A program made the position numbers and the translations under genes. DNA of 64,000 nucleotides. Source: Lama guanicoe (Eukaryota). The notes under the pieces are model-generated. The model did no database searches and was not told where the DNA came from. It saw only the letters and a program-made list of their open reading frames with translations. This document shows positions 39,515-53,449 of this stretch, piece by piece. Every line of letters begins with the position of its first letter. Within the stretch, counting starts at the first letter, position 1. The stretch covers positions 1,551,104-1,615,103 of the forward strand of contig MU054098.1 of assembly GCA_013239625.1 (NCBI GenBank), in the 5' to 3' direction.

Positions 39515-42500
39515 TTTTATGGTGGAAATAACAGTTAACATTAGACTTCCCCACTTAACACATTTTTAAGTGTACATTATATTACCATTGACTATAGGTA
39601 CAGCAGATCCCTAGAGCTAATTCATCTTGCCTTAATGAAATTTTATGCCCTTTGGCTATGTATACAATGGACTATTATTCAGCCATAAAAAAGAATTGAA
39701 TTCTACCATTCTCAGCGATATGGATGGACCTATAAAATATGCTTAGTGAAGTAAGTCAGACAGAGAAAGACAAATACTGTGATATCACTTATATTTGAAA
39801 TCTTAAAAATAAAACAAATGAATATATATGCAAAACAGAAAAAGTCTCACAGATATAGAAAACAAACTAGTTATTACCATTGGGGAAAGGGAAGAGAGGA
39901 GAGGCATGATAAGAGTATGAGATTAAGAAATACAGGCCTCTATGTTTAAAATACATAAGTAACAAGGATATACTGTACAGCACAGATAATTACATACATT
40001 ATCTTACAATAACTTTTAATGGAGTATAAATTGTAAAAATACTGAATCACTATGCAGTGCACTTGAAACTAGTATAATATCGTATCAACTATACTTCAAT
40101 AAAATAAAATTTTAAGAAGTAAAAATTAAAAAATCTTCAAAGTAAAAAGAAGTAAAATACATCCTACTCTGAGAGAAAGAAGTAAAATGGTCCCTGTTTC
40201 TAGACAACATGATCTTATATATAGAAAACACTAAAGACTCCATTTTAATAATCTGTCTAAACTAATAAATGAATTTAGTGAAGAAGGATACAAAATCAAC
40301 ATGCAAAAAAAATGTTTCTAAACACTACCAACCAGTTATCTAGAAAGAAAATTAGGAAAAACAACTACCTCCTTAAAAGTTGGTGCAAGACATACAATGA
40401 AATCCCAAAAATCATTGACAAAAGAAATTTTTAAAGATTCAAACAAATGGAAAGACACCCTGTGATCATGGTTTAGATCACTCAAAGTGATCTACAGATT
40501 CATTGCAATCCCTATCAAACTCCCAATGGCAGTCTTTATAGAAATTGGAAAAACATTCTAAAATGTATGTGGAACCACAAAAGTTCATGAATAATCAAAT
40601 TAATCTTGAGAAAGAACTAAGTTGGAGGTATCACACTTTCTAATTTCAAAATGTCTTACAAAGCTATAATAATCAATACAGAAGAGTACTGAGATAAAAA
40701 CAGAAACATAGAACAATGAATGGAAAGGATAGCCCAGAAATAAATCTATGCATATACAATCAACTGATGTTTGACAACTGTACCAAGAATACATAATAGA
40801 AAGAGAAATAGTCTCTTCAACAAATGCTATTGGGAAAATTGAATATCCACATGCAAAAGAATGAAATAGGACCCATAATTTATACCACACACAAAAATCA
40901 ACTCAAAATGGATTAAGCACTTAAACATAAGACCCAAAATTGTAAAACTCCTAGAGGAAAACATAGTAGAAATAATGACATTGGTCTTGGCAGTGATTTC
41001 ATGAATATGACACCAAAGAACCAGCAACAAAAACAAAAATAAACAAGTGGAATTGCATCAAACTAGAAAGTTTCTGCACAGAAAAGGAAACAGTGAAACA
41101 ATCTACAAAGTAAAAAGTCAACTCATGGAACCTCAAATCCTATAACTGATAGGGGATTGATCTCCAAATTATAAAAAAAATACTCCTCAAACTCAGTAGC
41201 AAAAAGGAAAATAACTGATTTTAAAATGGGCTAAAGACTTGACTAAAAATTTTCAAAAAAGATATACAAATGGCCAATAGGTTTATGAAAAAATGCTCAA
41301 CATCATGAATTGTCAGGGAAATGAGAAATAAAACCACAATGAAATATCACTTCATGCCAGTTAGAGTGATTATTATCAAAAAGACAAGATATAACAACTG
41401 TTAGGGAGATTGTTGGGAAAAGGAAACCCTTGTACATTGTTGGTTGGAATGCAAAATGGTATAGATACTATGGAAAACAGTATGAAAAGTTTCTTAAAAA
41501 ATTAAAACTTGAACTACCATATGATCCAGCAATCGCACTTTAGGGTATTTATCCCAAAGAACTGAAATCAGGATTTTGAAGAGATATCTTACTTCCATGT
41601 TCATTGTATCATTATTCACAAAAGTCAAAGCCAAGATATAAAAACCATAGTTAGTATTTTGAGGACTTTTGCATCTATATTAATTAGGAATATTAGCCTA
41701 TAATTTTTCTTTCTTGTGGTGTCTTTGGATTTGGTTATCAGAGTAATGCTGGCCTCATAAAATGAGTTTGGAAGTATTCCCTCCTCTTCCATTTTTTGGA
41801 GGAGTTCAAGGATTGGTGTTAATTTTGTTAAGTGAAGCCATCTGGTTCTGGAGTTTTTTTCATTGGGAGGTTTTGTTACTGACTCAATCTCCTTGATAGT
41901 TATAGTCCTGTTCAGAATTTTTATTAGTTCAAAATTTAGTCTTGGTAGGTTGTATGTATCTAGGGCATTTACCTTTTTTTATTATGTTACCCAGTTTGTT
42001 TGCATATAATTGTTCATAGTAGTCTCTTGTGACCCATTTTATTTCTGTGGTATCAGTTGTAAAATCTCCTCTTTAATTTTTGATTTTATTTATCTTTCAT
42101 CTCTTTTTTTCTTAGTTGGTCTAGCTAAGGGGTGGTCAGTTTTATCTTTTCAAAAAAACCCTCATAGTTTTATTGACTTTTTTCTGTTGTTTTTCTATTC
42201 TCTATTTCCTTCATTTCAGCTTGAATTTTGCTATTTTCTCCATTATGGTAACTTTGGGCTTAGTTTGTTCTTCTTATTCTAGGTCCTTGAGGTATAAAGT
42301 TATTTATTTGGGATATTTCTTCTTTTTTAACGCAGATGTCTATTGCTGTGACCTTCCCTCTCAGTACTGCTTTTGCCACATCCTGTAAGTTTTAGTATAT
42401 TGTATTTTCATTTTTGTTTATCTAGAGGTATTTTCTAATTTCCTTTTTGATTTTGGTTGTTCATGAATGTGTTCACAAATGGTTGTTCATGAGTTTTTTA

Positions 42501-44225
42501 TTTAATATAAACATATTTATTAAATTTCCTGTTTTCCTCTGTTACTGATTTCTTGTTTCATTCCATGTGGTCAGAAATACTTGGTATAATTTTAATCTCA
42601 GATTTTTTTAACATGTGTTTTGTGACCTAATATGTGGTCTATTTTAGAGAAAGATTTACGTGTACTTGAAAAGAATGTGTATTCTGTTGATGTTGGGTAG
42701 AATGTTTAATATGTTTATTAGGTTCATTTGGTCTATAGCATTGTTCAAGCCTCTGTATCCTTATCGATATTTTGTCTGGATATTCTGTACATCATTGAAA
42801 ATGTAGTATTGAAGTCTCCTATTATTAATGCAGTGCTGTCTATTTCTCTGGTCAATTCTGTTAGGTTTTACTTTATTTCTTTAGGCACTCTGGTGTTGGG
42901 TGCTTATATAGCCATAATTGTTATATCTTCCTGGTGAATTAGTCATTTTATCATTATAGAATATCCTTCTGTGTCCCTCATGATAGTTTTTGACTTAGTC
43001 TATTTTGTCTAAGTACTGCCAGTCTTGCCTTCTTGGGTACAATACACATAGAATATTTTTTCCATCCCTTCACTTTTAGCCTATAAGTGTCCTTATACCT
43101 AAAGTGAGTTTCTTTTAGATAACATATTGTTGTTGCTGTCTATCCATTTGGCCATTCTGTCTTTTGATTGGATAATTTAATCTGTTTACTCTTAAAGTAA
43201 TTATTGATAGGACAGGACTCATCATTTCTGTTTTGTTAGTTGTTTTCTGTTAGTCCTATATTTCTTCTGTCTTTGTTTTGTCTCTTTTCTTTCTGTTTTT
43301 CTTAGTTTTCTTTTTGTATTGGCATTTCTTATTAATTTTTAAATTTATTTTGTGGAACTTCTATAGATTATTTTTGTGTGTGGTTACCATGGGGCTTACA
43401 GAAAACTACTTACAGCTATAACAATCTCTTCTAAGCCAATAACAAATTAACTTCAACTGTATAAAAAAAACCTCTACTCTTTTATATGTCTCCATTTCTA
43501 CCTCATGTTATTGATGTCACAAATCACTCTATATATTCTGTATCGATTAACATAGTTTAATAGTTGTAATTATTTTTATGCTTTTGCTTTTGTAATTTTA
43601 AAGGTCACTTCCTCTGTTCTCCCCCAAGCAGCCAGACTGTGCCAGATCCATCAGTGCTCTAGGACTGCTTACACAGATGCTGGTTCTTTGGGCAGTCCTG
43701 GTGAAGTTACGGTGCTGGATGCATGAATCAACACTTTCCCTTACTTCCCAGTGGGAAGCTGAGAGCTTAGATTTTTTATCCAGTCACTCCGCTCAGCGGG
43801 GTTGGAAATCAATGGAGTCTGCCAGAAAAAAACCACCACCTCCATTTTCCCCTGGGTAGCCACTGCTCTTGTCAGAATGCCAAGACTTGCAAGACAGAAG
43901 CCAATCCTCTGTGGAGCCATCTCAGAAAAACTGAGGCACTATGCGCATTAACCAATCCCTTCCTTCACTTGAGTGAAGCGGGGACTTAATAGGTCTCTTG
44001 CTGACCATACAGTGCTGCACTTGGGCAAAACCTCCAGTGAGAGGTGTCCTGAATCTTCCTACCAGCTTTGGTGAGTCTGATTTTGTGTTTTTCCAGGGTG
44101 CAGGAGGCTTTCAATTAGTCTCTTATTTCTCAAAAAGGGAATGTGTCCATGAATTGTTGAATCAGTATTTCTGTCAGGGGGAAGTAGGGTCCAAGGCTTC
44201 CTATTCAGTCATCTTGATAATGTCA
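39515..44225 (-). mobile_element. Rearranged L1 (L1MA-like): 3' end (-), inverted ORF2 block (+), endonuclease/inter-ORF (-), 5' UTR (-)
   Basis: Orientation switches near 39655 and 41648; ORF1 absent between ~43590 and 43600. Confidence 0.75.
39658..40110 (+). mobile_element. Younger L1 3' UTR
   Basis: ATACAATGGACTATTATTCAGCCATAAAAAAGAA...TCAACTATACTTCAATAAAATAAAA. Confidence 0.9.
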
Positions 44226-47200
44226 TATATATGCATGTGAATCCGTATGTGTATCCTTTTAATTAAGAGTTATTTATCTTACTGCAAATTCATTTTGAGA
44301 CACTTGTATTTCTTCATTTTAAGACATTTAAAAAACTACAGTATGAATTTTCTGATAAGAATTTTCTATGTTAGTTTTAGGCTTTGTTGAAAATCAGTGG
44401 ACTTTCCTTCTAAGGAACTGTGAAAGGAAATCAGCTTTTTCTCAATTCAATGAACAACCATATGCCAGTAAATTCATAGTAATAAAATAGAAGTATGAAA
44501 ACATACAACCAGGAGGACCTGTTACATGTCATGGCTCTCCATGCCGAAACAATTCTCAGGTCTCAAAGGTAAATTCCAAGAAAAGGACCTCTGTAAACCA
44601 TAGGAAGCACTGTAGTAAATCCAGGAAGCATGATATGGGGACCAGGACTGCAGTCTATCTCTCTACATGTTCTAACATGGCTATCAACAGTGACATTAGA
44701 ACACTGCTAACCAGAAAAATAAGAAGAGAATCCATAATAATGGTTGAGCTTTGAAAATATGGAACACTTAGCATGTTAGAATCAAAAGGAAGAACAAAGG
44801 TATTGATAATGTTATCTTCGGTGATGAAGTTTTACAAGGCTACATAGAGACAAATTTGCATGGGAAATAGTCTCAACAATCTAATAGTTAATCTCATGGA
44901 GTCTTGAAGCATCATTCAAGATGCCACAGCAATCTTAGTCTCCCAAGAAAATCTCCAGAATTTGATAACTTTTGGAACTCAGCTTCTATCTGTCTTTTCT
45001 CTTTTTGCTTCTATTGTATTTTACTATATGGCTCATAGTGGAACCTCTTCTGGAAAAGTTCTATTTAAGTCAGTTGGTCATTATCCAATATAAGGTGTTC
45101 CTAATTAACAGTTTAGTGTCCAGAAGTTAGTTTCCTTTCAATGGAAAATCATGAGATTTCTTGATAATTGACCTCTTCTACCTTAGCCTATGTTTTCTAT
45201 TTCAAGTTAAATGGTTACTCCCCCCCAAAAATGAAAAAAATTCAAAAGAAAAGAAATTTTAATTTTTAAAATAAAAATATCCTTATTGTTGTTTATCTTT
45301 ATTGCCATTTTCTCCTCTTGTCCTTTTCCTAGTTAGTCCTCAAATTGATTCAAAAACTTCTAAAAGCCTTTATACTGCATTGATCTTCTAGAATTGGAAT
45401 GTTGTTGTTGACTGAATAAACATAATAGCTTGTTCAGTGCAAGAGCTTGTCATAACCTTCACTGAGCTAAAACATGCTTCACAATGTAGTCAGGCATCAG
45501 TAATTACTCCAAGGCACGTTCATTCCATTTAAATGGCTGAAATCTGACTATATTAGTAACAGCTAGAACATAAAGATTTTCTTGTTTTATGACAATTATT
45601 ATTATGAAAACAATGCCAGCCCTAAACATATTTTCTACTTTAATCTAAAATGCTTTTTTCAATAACTCTATTGCTATGACACTGATTTGATGTGCTTGAC
45701 AATAGAAATGAAAGATGAACACATTAGTTTAAAAACTGAGAAAAGATACAGAGTAGCAGGATATAAACCTCATGAATTTTATCACTTGAGACAGTGTTTT
45801 AAAGCACAACATCTATGATAATAACCCAGTAGTTACCATTAATCTCTTGCACCTTAGGGAAAATTATACATCAAGTTCTATCTCAATGGAGGAAAAATTA
45901 ACTACATTTAAAGCAATATGCAATTAGAGATTGGAAACTTTTATAATGAGTTTTATGGGGGTTAAGTAAGCAACCACAGGGTTTTATTTTAGCATAATCT
46001 TCTACTCTATTGTAAGTCAGAGTCTACCTGACTACAAAACAAAAGATACACACTCACTTCCCCCATAAAGCCTTTACTGACCTGCTTCAGTTAATTCACT
46101 GTTTATCAACTATGCTCCCCCCAATTTTCTCATGCACGCACGTAACAACAGTTATTACCTAGTAACAGAAATTGTCAGTTTCCCTCACTGCATTGTAAGC
46201 CCCGAACACCCAAGGTAAGGACCATATTCTCGTCATTAGTGTATCCTCAGCACATATCACAGTGTCCGACACATACTTTTGTTTAATTAAAACTAAGTGC
46301 CCTAGAGTCAATGAAATAAAGGAAGACTGACAAACGTATTTTCACCTCTACTCCTTTCCCATGTTCTGTATCTGTGTGTGTTTGTGTAAGTGTTATGTGT
46401 ATGTATCTTTTTTTTTTCTAGTTATTATGATGGGGTATTATCGAGGGGTAGTTTGGCTACATAAGGTAGTAAAAGTAAAAGATCATTTTCAGTGGTAGAG
46501 AAACAACAACAAAGATCAGGATCTCATGCAAACACAAGGTAAAAAGCAAACCTTTGCATGCTTTCCTGAGAGAGAGTGAATAGATTATTGTTACCTTCTT
46601 ACCTCCTGATTTCCTATTTCCAAAAACAGAGGTATGCATCCTCCTTCTTGAAGTTAAATTTTCACATTAGACTGTTGATTAAATTATGTGTTGTCCCTCT
46701 GAGATCCTTCCCCTTAGTCTGCCAACATGACTAATGTCTCCATATTTCTGATGTAAAAATTCTCTCTCCTAACTTAAGCTATCTCTCAAGCTACTACCAC
46801 ATAACTTTCTTTTTTCTCTTCACCATAAAATGCCCTATAAGGGTAGTTTACACCTTCCTAAACCCCAAAACTCTACAAAAAGCAACGTTTTAATTTCACA
46901 AAAGATCTAAATGCAATAATATCAACCCTCATCTTACTTATTTTTAGGTCTTATTTTAAGGACCCTCACGCACTTCAAACATAACATGCTCAAATTTTAA
47001 CATTATCTTAATAGCCAAACACACTCTGTCTCAATCATTCCCTATCTATATTAGTGGAATCCCAATTTTTGTTTACCTAGGCTAGAAAAAACTTCATTTG
47101 TAATGATAGATTCAATAACAGAGTATTACTCTTCAAATTTTAAAAAGACATTTTCTGACAAAATAAACATTTTTCTGCCAAAAGAACACTTTGAAATAAT

Positions 47201-47299
47201 TTATTTTGGCTGGAAAATCCATTGTAGAGTTTGGCTACCCTACACATTTGAACCGGGCAGCTCAAAAACTCCCACACCTCCCTCCCTATTATGAAGAAA

Positions 47300-48772
47300 A
47301 CAGCAAATCTGAATTGACCACTGCATAGCAAATTTTCATATATGAATGTGAAAAATACTTTTCAGAATGCTTCCTAGACAATTTACAACTATTAGTCATC
47401 TTTCTATCAGCAGAAGAATGGATAAACATCATACGATTTATTAATATGATAGAATAATATTTAGCAATAAAAAGCAACAAACTACTAACATATGCACAAA
47501 TATGAATGATTCTCAAAAACATGCTAAGTGAAAGAAGACTTACGCAAAGAAGTACAAATGTATGATTACATTTACGTGACATTCTAGTAAAGGCACACTA
47601 AACATATAGTGGACAAAAAAATCAGGATAGTGTTGCCTTTGGCAGCAGAGGGCATGGTTAGAATGGAAAAGCACAAGAGGAAAATTTGGGGAATCATGAT
47701 AATGCTCAATATCTTGACAAATATTTGATATACACAGTTATAGCATTTGCCAATGCATACAGCAGAATGGTACACTTCACCTTAAAAATGAAAAATAATA
47801 GAAAAAATTAAACATTTAAATGTAATTAATTGCATGCAGACTGAGGTGTTTAGGCAAAAGTGTTATTTTTTTTCATCAAAGAATTTATAGCCTTAGCAGG
47901 GAGATAATATGCACACAAATAAGATAGAAACATCTAAAGAGGTTTAGGGAGCACAGAAGGAGCCTAGTTTGTCCTGGAGAATCTCAAGGAAGGCTTCATG
48001 GAGGTGGTAGCATTTGAAGCATGTCTTTTTTATATACGTGTATTTGTTTTCATATTCTTTTCCATTATAGGTTACTACAAGATATTGAATATAGTTCCCT
48101 GTGCTACAGAAGAAACTTGTTATTTATCTATTTTATATATATAGTAGTTAGTATCTGCAAATCTCAAACTCCCAACTTATCCGTTCCCACCCCTTTTCCC
48201 CCTGGTAACCATAAGCTTGTCTTCTATGTCTCTGAGTCTGTTTCTGTTTTGTAGATGTTTATTTGTGTCTTTTCTTGTTTTTAGATTCCACATATGAGTG
48301 ATATCATATGGTATTTTTCTTTCTCTTTCTGGCTTACTTCACTTTGAATGACAACCTCCAGGTCCATCCATGTTGCTGCAAATGGCATTATTTTACTCTT
48401 TTTTCTGGCTAAGTAGTATTCCATTGTATAAATAAACCACAACTTCTTTATCCAGTACTCTGTTGATGGACATTTAGGTTGTTTCCATGTCTTGGCTATT
48501 GTAAATAGTGCTGCTATGAATATTGGAGCATGTATCTTTTCAAATTTAGGCAAAAGTGCTCTTAATGTCTGCAACTTACTATTAAATGCTTCAAAGTATG
48601 AGATGAATTATGGATAGAAGGATAGTTGGAGAGATTGATATGTGGCAAAACCTAATAATAAAATGTAAATGATAGGATCTAAGAGGTGGAAATAGGAGTG
48701 TTCACTCTAAAAGTCTTTCAATATTTATATGTTTGATTTTTTCTATTAAAATATTGAAATATAAAAAAGAAA
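47300..48772 (+). mobile_element. Old L1 3' UTR (host of the 47863-48544 insert)
   Basis: L1MC/ME-type tail interrupted at 47862 and resuming at 48545. Confidence 0.7.
47863..48544 (-). mobile_element. L1 insertion carrying a 3' transduction
   Basis: TSD TTTAGGCAAAAGTG at 47849-47862 and 48545-48558 enclosing polyT, non-L1 DNA and an L1 3' segment. Confidence 0.85.
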
Positions 48773-48826
48773 AACCAGCCTAAAATTTGATTTTGGACAT
48801 GTGTTTGGAACATTTAATCACAATAT

Positions 48827-49621
48827 GTTTTATTGTGATAAGAACACTTAACATAAATCTACTTTCTTAAAAATTTTTACGTGTATACATCATTGTTAAC
48901 TATAGGCACTATGTTGTTCATTACACCTCCAAAACTTATTATTGGTGTATAATTGGAGCTTTATAACTCCTTGAACAATAACTCCTCATTTTCCCTCTCC
49001 TTCCTGTCCCTGGTAACCACTATTCTACATTTTTATATGAGATTGACTATTTTAGATATCTCATATAAGTGCAATCATGCAATATTTTCTTTCCATGACT
49101 GGCTTATTTCACTTGGTATAAAGTCCTCCAGGTTCATATATGTTGTTGCATATGGCAAGATTTCATTCTTTTTTTTAAAGCTTAATAATATTCCATTGTG
49201 TGTATATACAACATTTTCTTTATCCATTCATCATTGATGGACATGTAGGTTGTTTCCACAATCTTGGTTATTGTGAAATATGTTGCAATGAATATGGGAG
49301 TGCACGTATTGCTTCAAGAACCTGATTTCGATTCTTCTGAATATATATACCAGAAGTAGAATTGCTGGATTATATGATAGTTCTATTTTTAAGTTTCTGA
49401 GGGAACTCCATACTGTTTTCCATAGTGGCTGCATTAATTTACATTCCCACAAACAGTCAACAAGTGTTCCAATTTCTCCACATTCTTGCCAACATTTATC
49501 TTTCATTTTTTTGTAATAATAGGCATCCAAGAAGACACAAATGGCCAACAGATTTATGAAAATGTACTCAACACCACTAATCTCAGGGAAATGAAAATAA
49601 AAATCACAATAAATAATCACC
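48827..49621 (-). mobile_element. 5'-inverted L1 (twin-priming structure)
   Basis: Antisense L1 to 49528, then sense piece 49529-49621; TAATCAC(C)AATAT on both sides. Confidence 0.85.
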
Positions 49622-50174
49622 AATATTAATAGAATAACTTAGTATATCTTTTGGAGTAGCATCATTTTGCAGTGTGTTTTCCTTAAAAAATTTCCCTCCA
49701 TCTAAAGATATGATAAACTAGGACCTACATCATATACTATATAATGCATATAAAAAACTCTACACTTCATTGCACCAATTCAACATGTATATTTTTCCAG
49801 TGTGTGAATTTGGCTCCTTTATCACTGTTATGAAAAACCAAATCCGTTTTTAGGAATGTGCTTAGTCCTCCACTACCATCCCTCCACAAACTTAGGACCT
49901 AAATGAAAGAGATGGATTCCCACTGCTATCTTAAGTTTGCATTGACACCATCCACGGGATTTTGACTGGAAGTACTTCACCTCCTTGCATGACTAGTTTT
50001 ACTCCTTTGCCTTTCTCTGATGAGCAGTACACATGTATGTGTTTATATAAACTCACAAGATATGAGCACACACATTTAAACATACATATACACCTTTGTG
50101 ACCACATTCATGACTATACACATAGTTAGCCACATTCAAATACAGTATAGCTCTCTAATTAAGAGTACAAACTG

Positions 50175-51650
50175 AAGCTTCTAAGTATAGCTAAGATGAA
50201 GTACCAGAGATAAAATTTACTCTTTGGCTTGAAAACATAAAAACTAGAGAAGGCTAAGTGGGGCTAGAGTTTGCAAGGAAGAATAAGAGAGAGAAGAGAG
50301 AGCACAGGACATCTGTCGAGTTAGCCTTGAGTCTTCAACCTGAGTGCTAATTAGTGCATGCATGTGAGGAAACTATCCAAAGTAAGAGAAAGAACCACCT
50401 GAAAGGATCAGTTAAAAATTCTTGGAGCTCAAATTGAGAGATATAGTTTCTTTTCAAACCACCCAGAATAGAAAACTCAGTATTTCCTGGGACATTGGGT
50501 AGAGTATTCAAAAAGGAAACACCTCAGTAATGGGAAAATTAGACCTAGATTAAAGGCTGTTCAGTTGCCATGCAACAAAGTCTAAAAAAAAACCTTAAAA
50601 AATTCAAATTGCTTCCAAGTAAATTAACTGCATCTCAGAACAAAGCTTAAAAGTATGGGAATATAAAAATATCCAGCAACCAATGAGGTAAAATCATAGC
50701 ACCTGGCAAAGAAGCAGGAAAATACGATCCATCATGAGAAAAAAAAATCAATTAAGAAAAAAACTGAAGCTAAAGTGACACACATGACAGACTTAGTAGG
50801 AAAGGGCATTAAATGAGTTTTTATAAGTACATTCCACATATTGAAGAGGTAGAGAAAAGATTAAGCATATTAAGTAAATGTATGGAAGATATTTAAAACT
50901 ACCCAAATTGAAATTCCAGATATGAAAATACTATAAATGATGAAAATTACATGGAATAGAATAAACAGCATATTAGACACTACAGAAGAAATAATTTGTG
51001 AATTTGAAGATATTCCAAACAGTGTTGAAGAATCTGCCCACAATGAAACAGAGAGAAAAAAAAGATTAAACAAAAATAAATAGAGCATCAATAAACTGAG
51101 ATAAAAGTTCAAGTGGCCTAAACATATGTGTCGTTGGATTCTCCAAAGAAGGGGGCTGAGAGGGAATGAGAAAGATATTTGAAGAAATAATAGCTAAATA
51201 TTTTCCAAATTTAGTAAAAGCTATAAAGGCATGGATCTAAGATGCTCAACAAATTTCAAATACAAGAAACAAGAAGTAAACTACCAGCAAGATATATTGT
51301 TACCAATTTGTTTAAAACTAGTGATAAAGAAAATATCTTAAAATATCTTAAACATAGCTAGAGAAAAAATATGCACAATATATAGAAAAACAAAGAGAAG
51401 AATTACAGTTGGCTTCTCATCAGAATCAATGCAAAGCAGAAGAAAGTGGAGCAACATTTAAGTACTGAAAGAAAAAAATTCAAACTAAAATTCTATACCT
51501 ATAAAAATATCTTTCAAAAATGAAGGTAAAAGAAAGTTTTTTTGGATACGAAACTGAAATAATTAATCACCAGCAGACCTGCATTACAAGAAAATGCTAA
51601 AGGAAGTCCTTTTTGCAGAAGGACAATAGTAATGGATGAAACCATAAATC
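50175..51650 (+). mobile_element. Old L1 5' UTR/ORF1 fragment
   Basis: ATATTTGAAGAAATAATAGCTAAATATTTTCCAAATT and CTTCTCATCAGAATCAATGCAAAGCAGAAGA ORF1 motifs. Confidence 0.8.
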
Positions 51651-52050
51651 TACTTGCCTCTTAGGATAGCAAGGATTAAATGATAAAAAACATGCAAACT
51701 ACTTGGACATTGCCTGGTATATTGGCAGCCCTTAATGAATGTTATCTATACTGATAATAACAATTATTATTATTCAAGGGAATACAACTATGCACAGAAA
51801 TTATTCTTTTGGTTACCTAGCCCACTCACTCTACCCATATTTCCCAGGCATTTTACAAATATTTCTTGAGACTCTTCTCTTAAGAGTTTATGGTCACTAA
51901 AGCTCTCTGAACCTCTGTAAAATACCCTATACATATCTTCAAAATGGTATCTTCAAAAGTGGTTACTAGCTTAAGCTAAATGAATGAATCTCTAATTAAT
52001 GAATTTCAAGCACTAGAAGGGGATAGTAGAAAATATTTAAGGGTATACGG

Positions 52051-52350
52051 CAGTGCTGTCAATAGAAATAAATACAAATCAAATATGTAATTTTAAATAA
52101 ATTTTTTGCTAGTCACATTTTAAAACTAAAAATGAAAGGGATAAGATTAAATTGAATGATATACTTTAGCCCAATCTATCCAAAATATTATATCAACATG
52201 TAATTTATATAAAATATTATTAATGAGATATTTCCCATTCTTTTTCCACACTAAGCCTTTGCACATTATAATTTGGGTGCTATATTTAAATGAGAAATAC
52301 AAAATATGCACTTAGATTTCATAAAATTTATAGTTTAAAAAGTAGTTGCA
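52051..52350. mobile_element. MER33/MER3-like hAT-Charlie element
   Basis: CAGTGCTGTCAATAGAAATAAATACAAATC...ATGTAATTTTAAA. Confidence 0.7.
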
Positions 52351-52364
52351 CACATGCATATATA

Positions 52365-52617
52365 TGGTGATTTATTATAAAGAATTGGTTCACATGATTT
52401 TGGAGACCCAAGAGAGCCAATGGAGCAGATAAAATCTGAAGGCAATCTGCTGGAGAATTCCCTCTTGCTGAAGAGGCTGGTCTTCTTCCATTCAGGTCTT
52501 CAACTGATTAGGTGAAGACTATCCACATTATAGAAGGCAATCTGCTTACTCAAAGTTCACTGATTATAATGTTAGGTTCAACGCCCTCCAATCTGACACA
52601 TAAAATTAAGCATCACA
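52365..52617 (-). mobile_element. MLT2-like (ERVL) LTR fragment
   Basis: TTCAACTGATTAGGTGAAGACTATCCACATTATAGAAGGCAATCTGCTT...GACACATAAAATTAAGCATCACA. Confidence 0.75.
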
Positions 52618-52659
52618 ACCACAAAAGCTTCTTCAAATAAAATCTTTAATCAATATCAT

Positions 52660-52890
52660 TGTTGTTGTCATTAAGAGCTTACTGAGCCCTTGGCACTATC
52701 ATAATTGCTCTAGTGTTTTTTAATCCTCACAATGACACTGTGGCACACTGTTATTATCATTCCTTTTTTACAGATGAAGAAACTGAAGTATAGAGAGGTT
52801 ATATAACTTGCCCAGGGTTACACAGCTAAGTGACAAGGATTTCAACCCATACAATTTGAGTTTGGGCTTCTCTATGCTATATTGCCTCTC
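52660..52890 (-). mobile_element. MIR SINE
   Basis: TTTTACAGATGAAGAAACTGAAG...AACTTGCCCAGGGTTACACAGCT. Confidence 0.85.
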
Positions 52891-53449
52891 ACAGAAATAG
52901 ATGTTCTAAAAATGGGCATTGAGGTACTTCCAGTAATAACCTACTGCTGATTGAGTCTGATCTCCTTGTTGAACAGACATTGTTATAATATGTTTCTCTA
53001 ACCAAACTTTACTCCAGACAAGTAGCTAATAATTTATTTTCCCTATACTCAAACTCTAGGCTGGAAGAGAGGGAATCAGGAGAAAAGACATAAGTTGCAA
53101 CCATGTCTAGATACTTGGGTTTTTTAAAACGATGGCTTATTCCTCTATTGGAAAAAAAACCCCAGAAATTGCTGGTGATCCCATACTGCAATATTTTAAA
53201 AATATCATGTAATTTTCATGCATATTTTATTTAGCCTTGCTACCACAGATAGGCAGGGGGCTCTTGCAGAGGGAAGATTATACCTTTGTTTTTTTCTGGG
53301 ATTCTCCTATAAAACTTATCCAGAATTGTGGCTTTTTCAGAAATGAAAACTGAATAAACATAGACATAAGGCAGGCCTTTGGGGAAAGGTAGCTTCTTTT
53401 CAGTTAATGCCAACTGCTAAGCCATTTCCAGAGGAAGTATGAGGAGGAG

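Noticed and set aside
44484..44708. Minus-strand exon-like segment with a Cys-containing frame (QCSNVTVDSHVRTCREIDC)
   Set aside because: All three frames contain stops between acceptor and donor and I recognise no homolog; a dead exon cannot be excluded.
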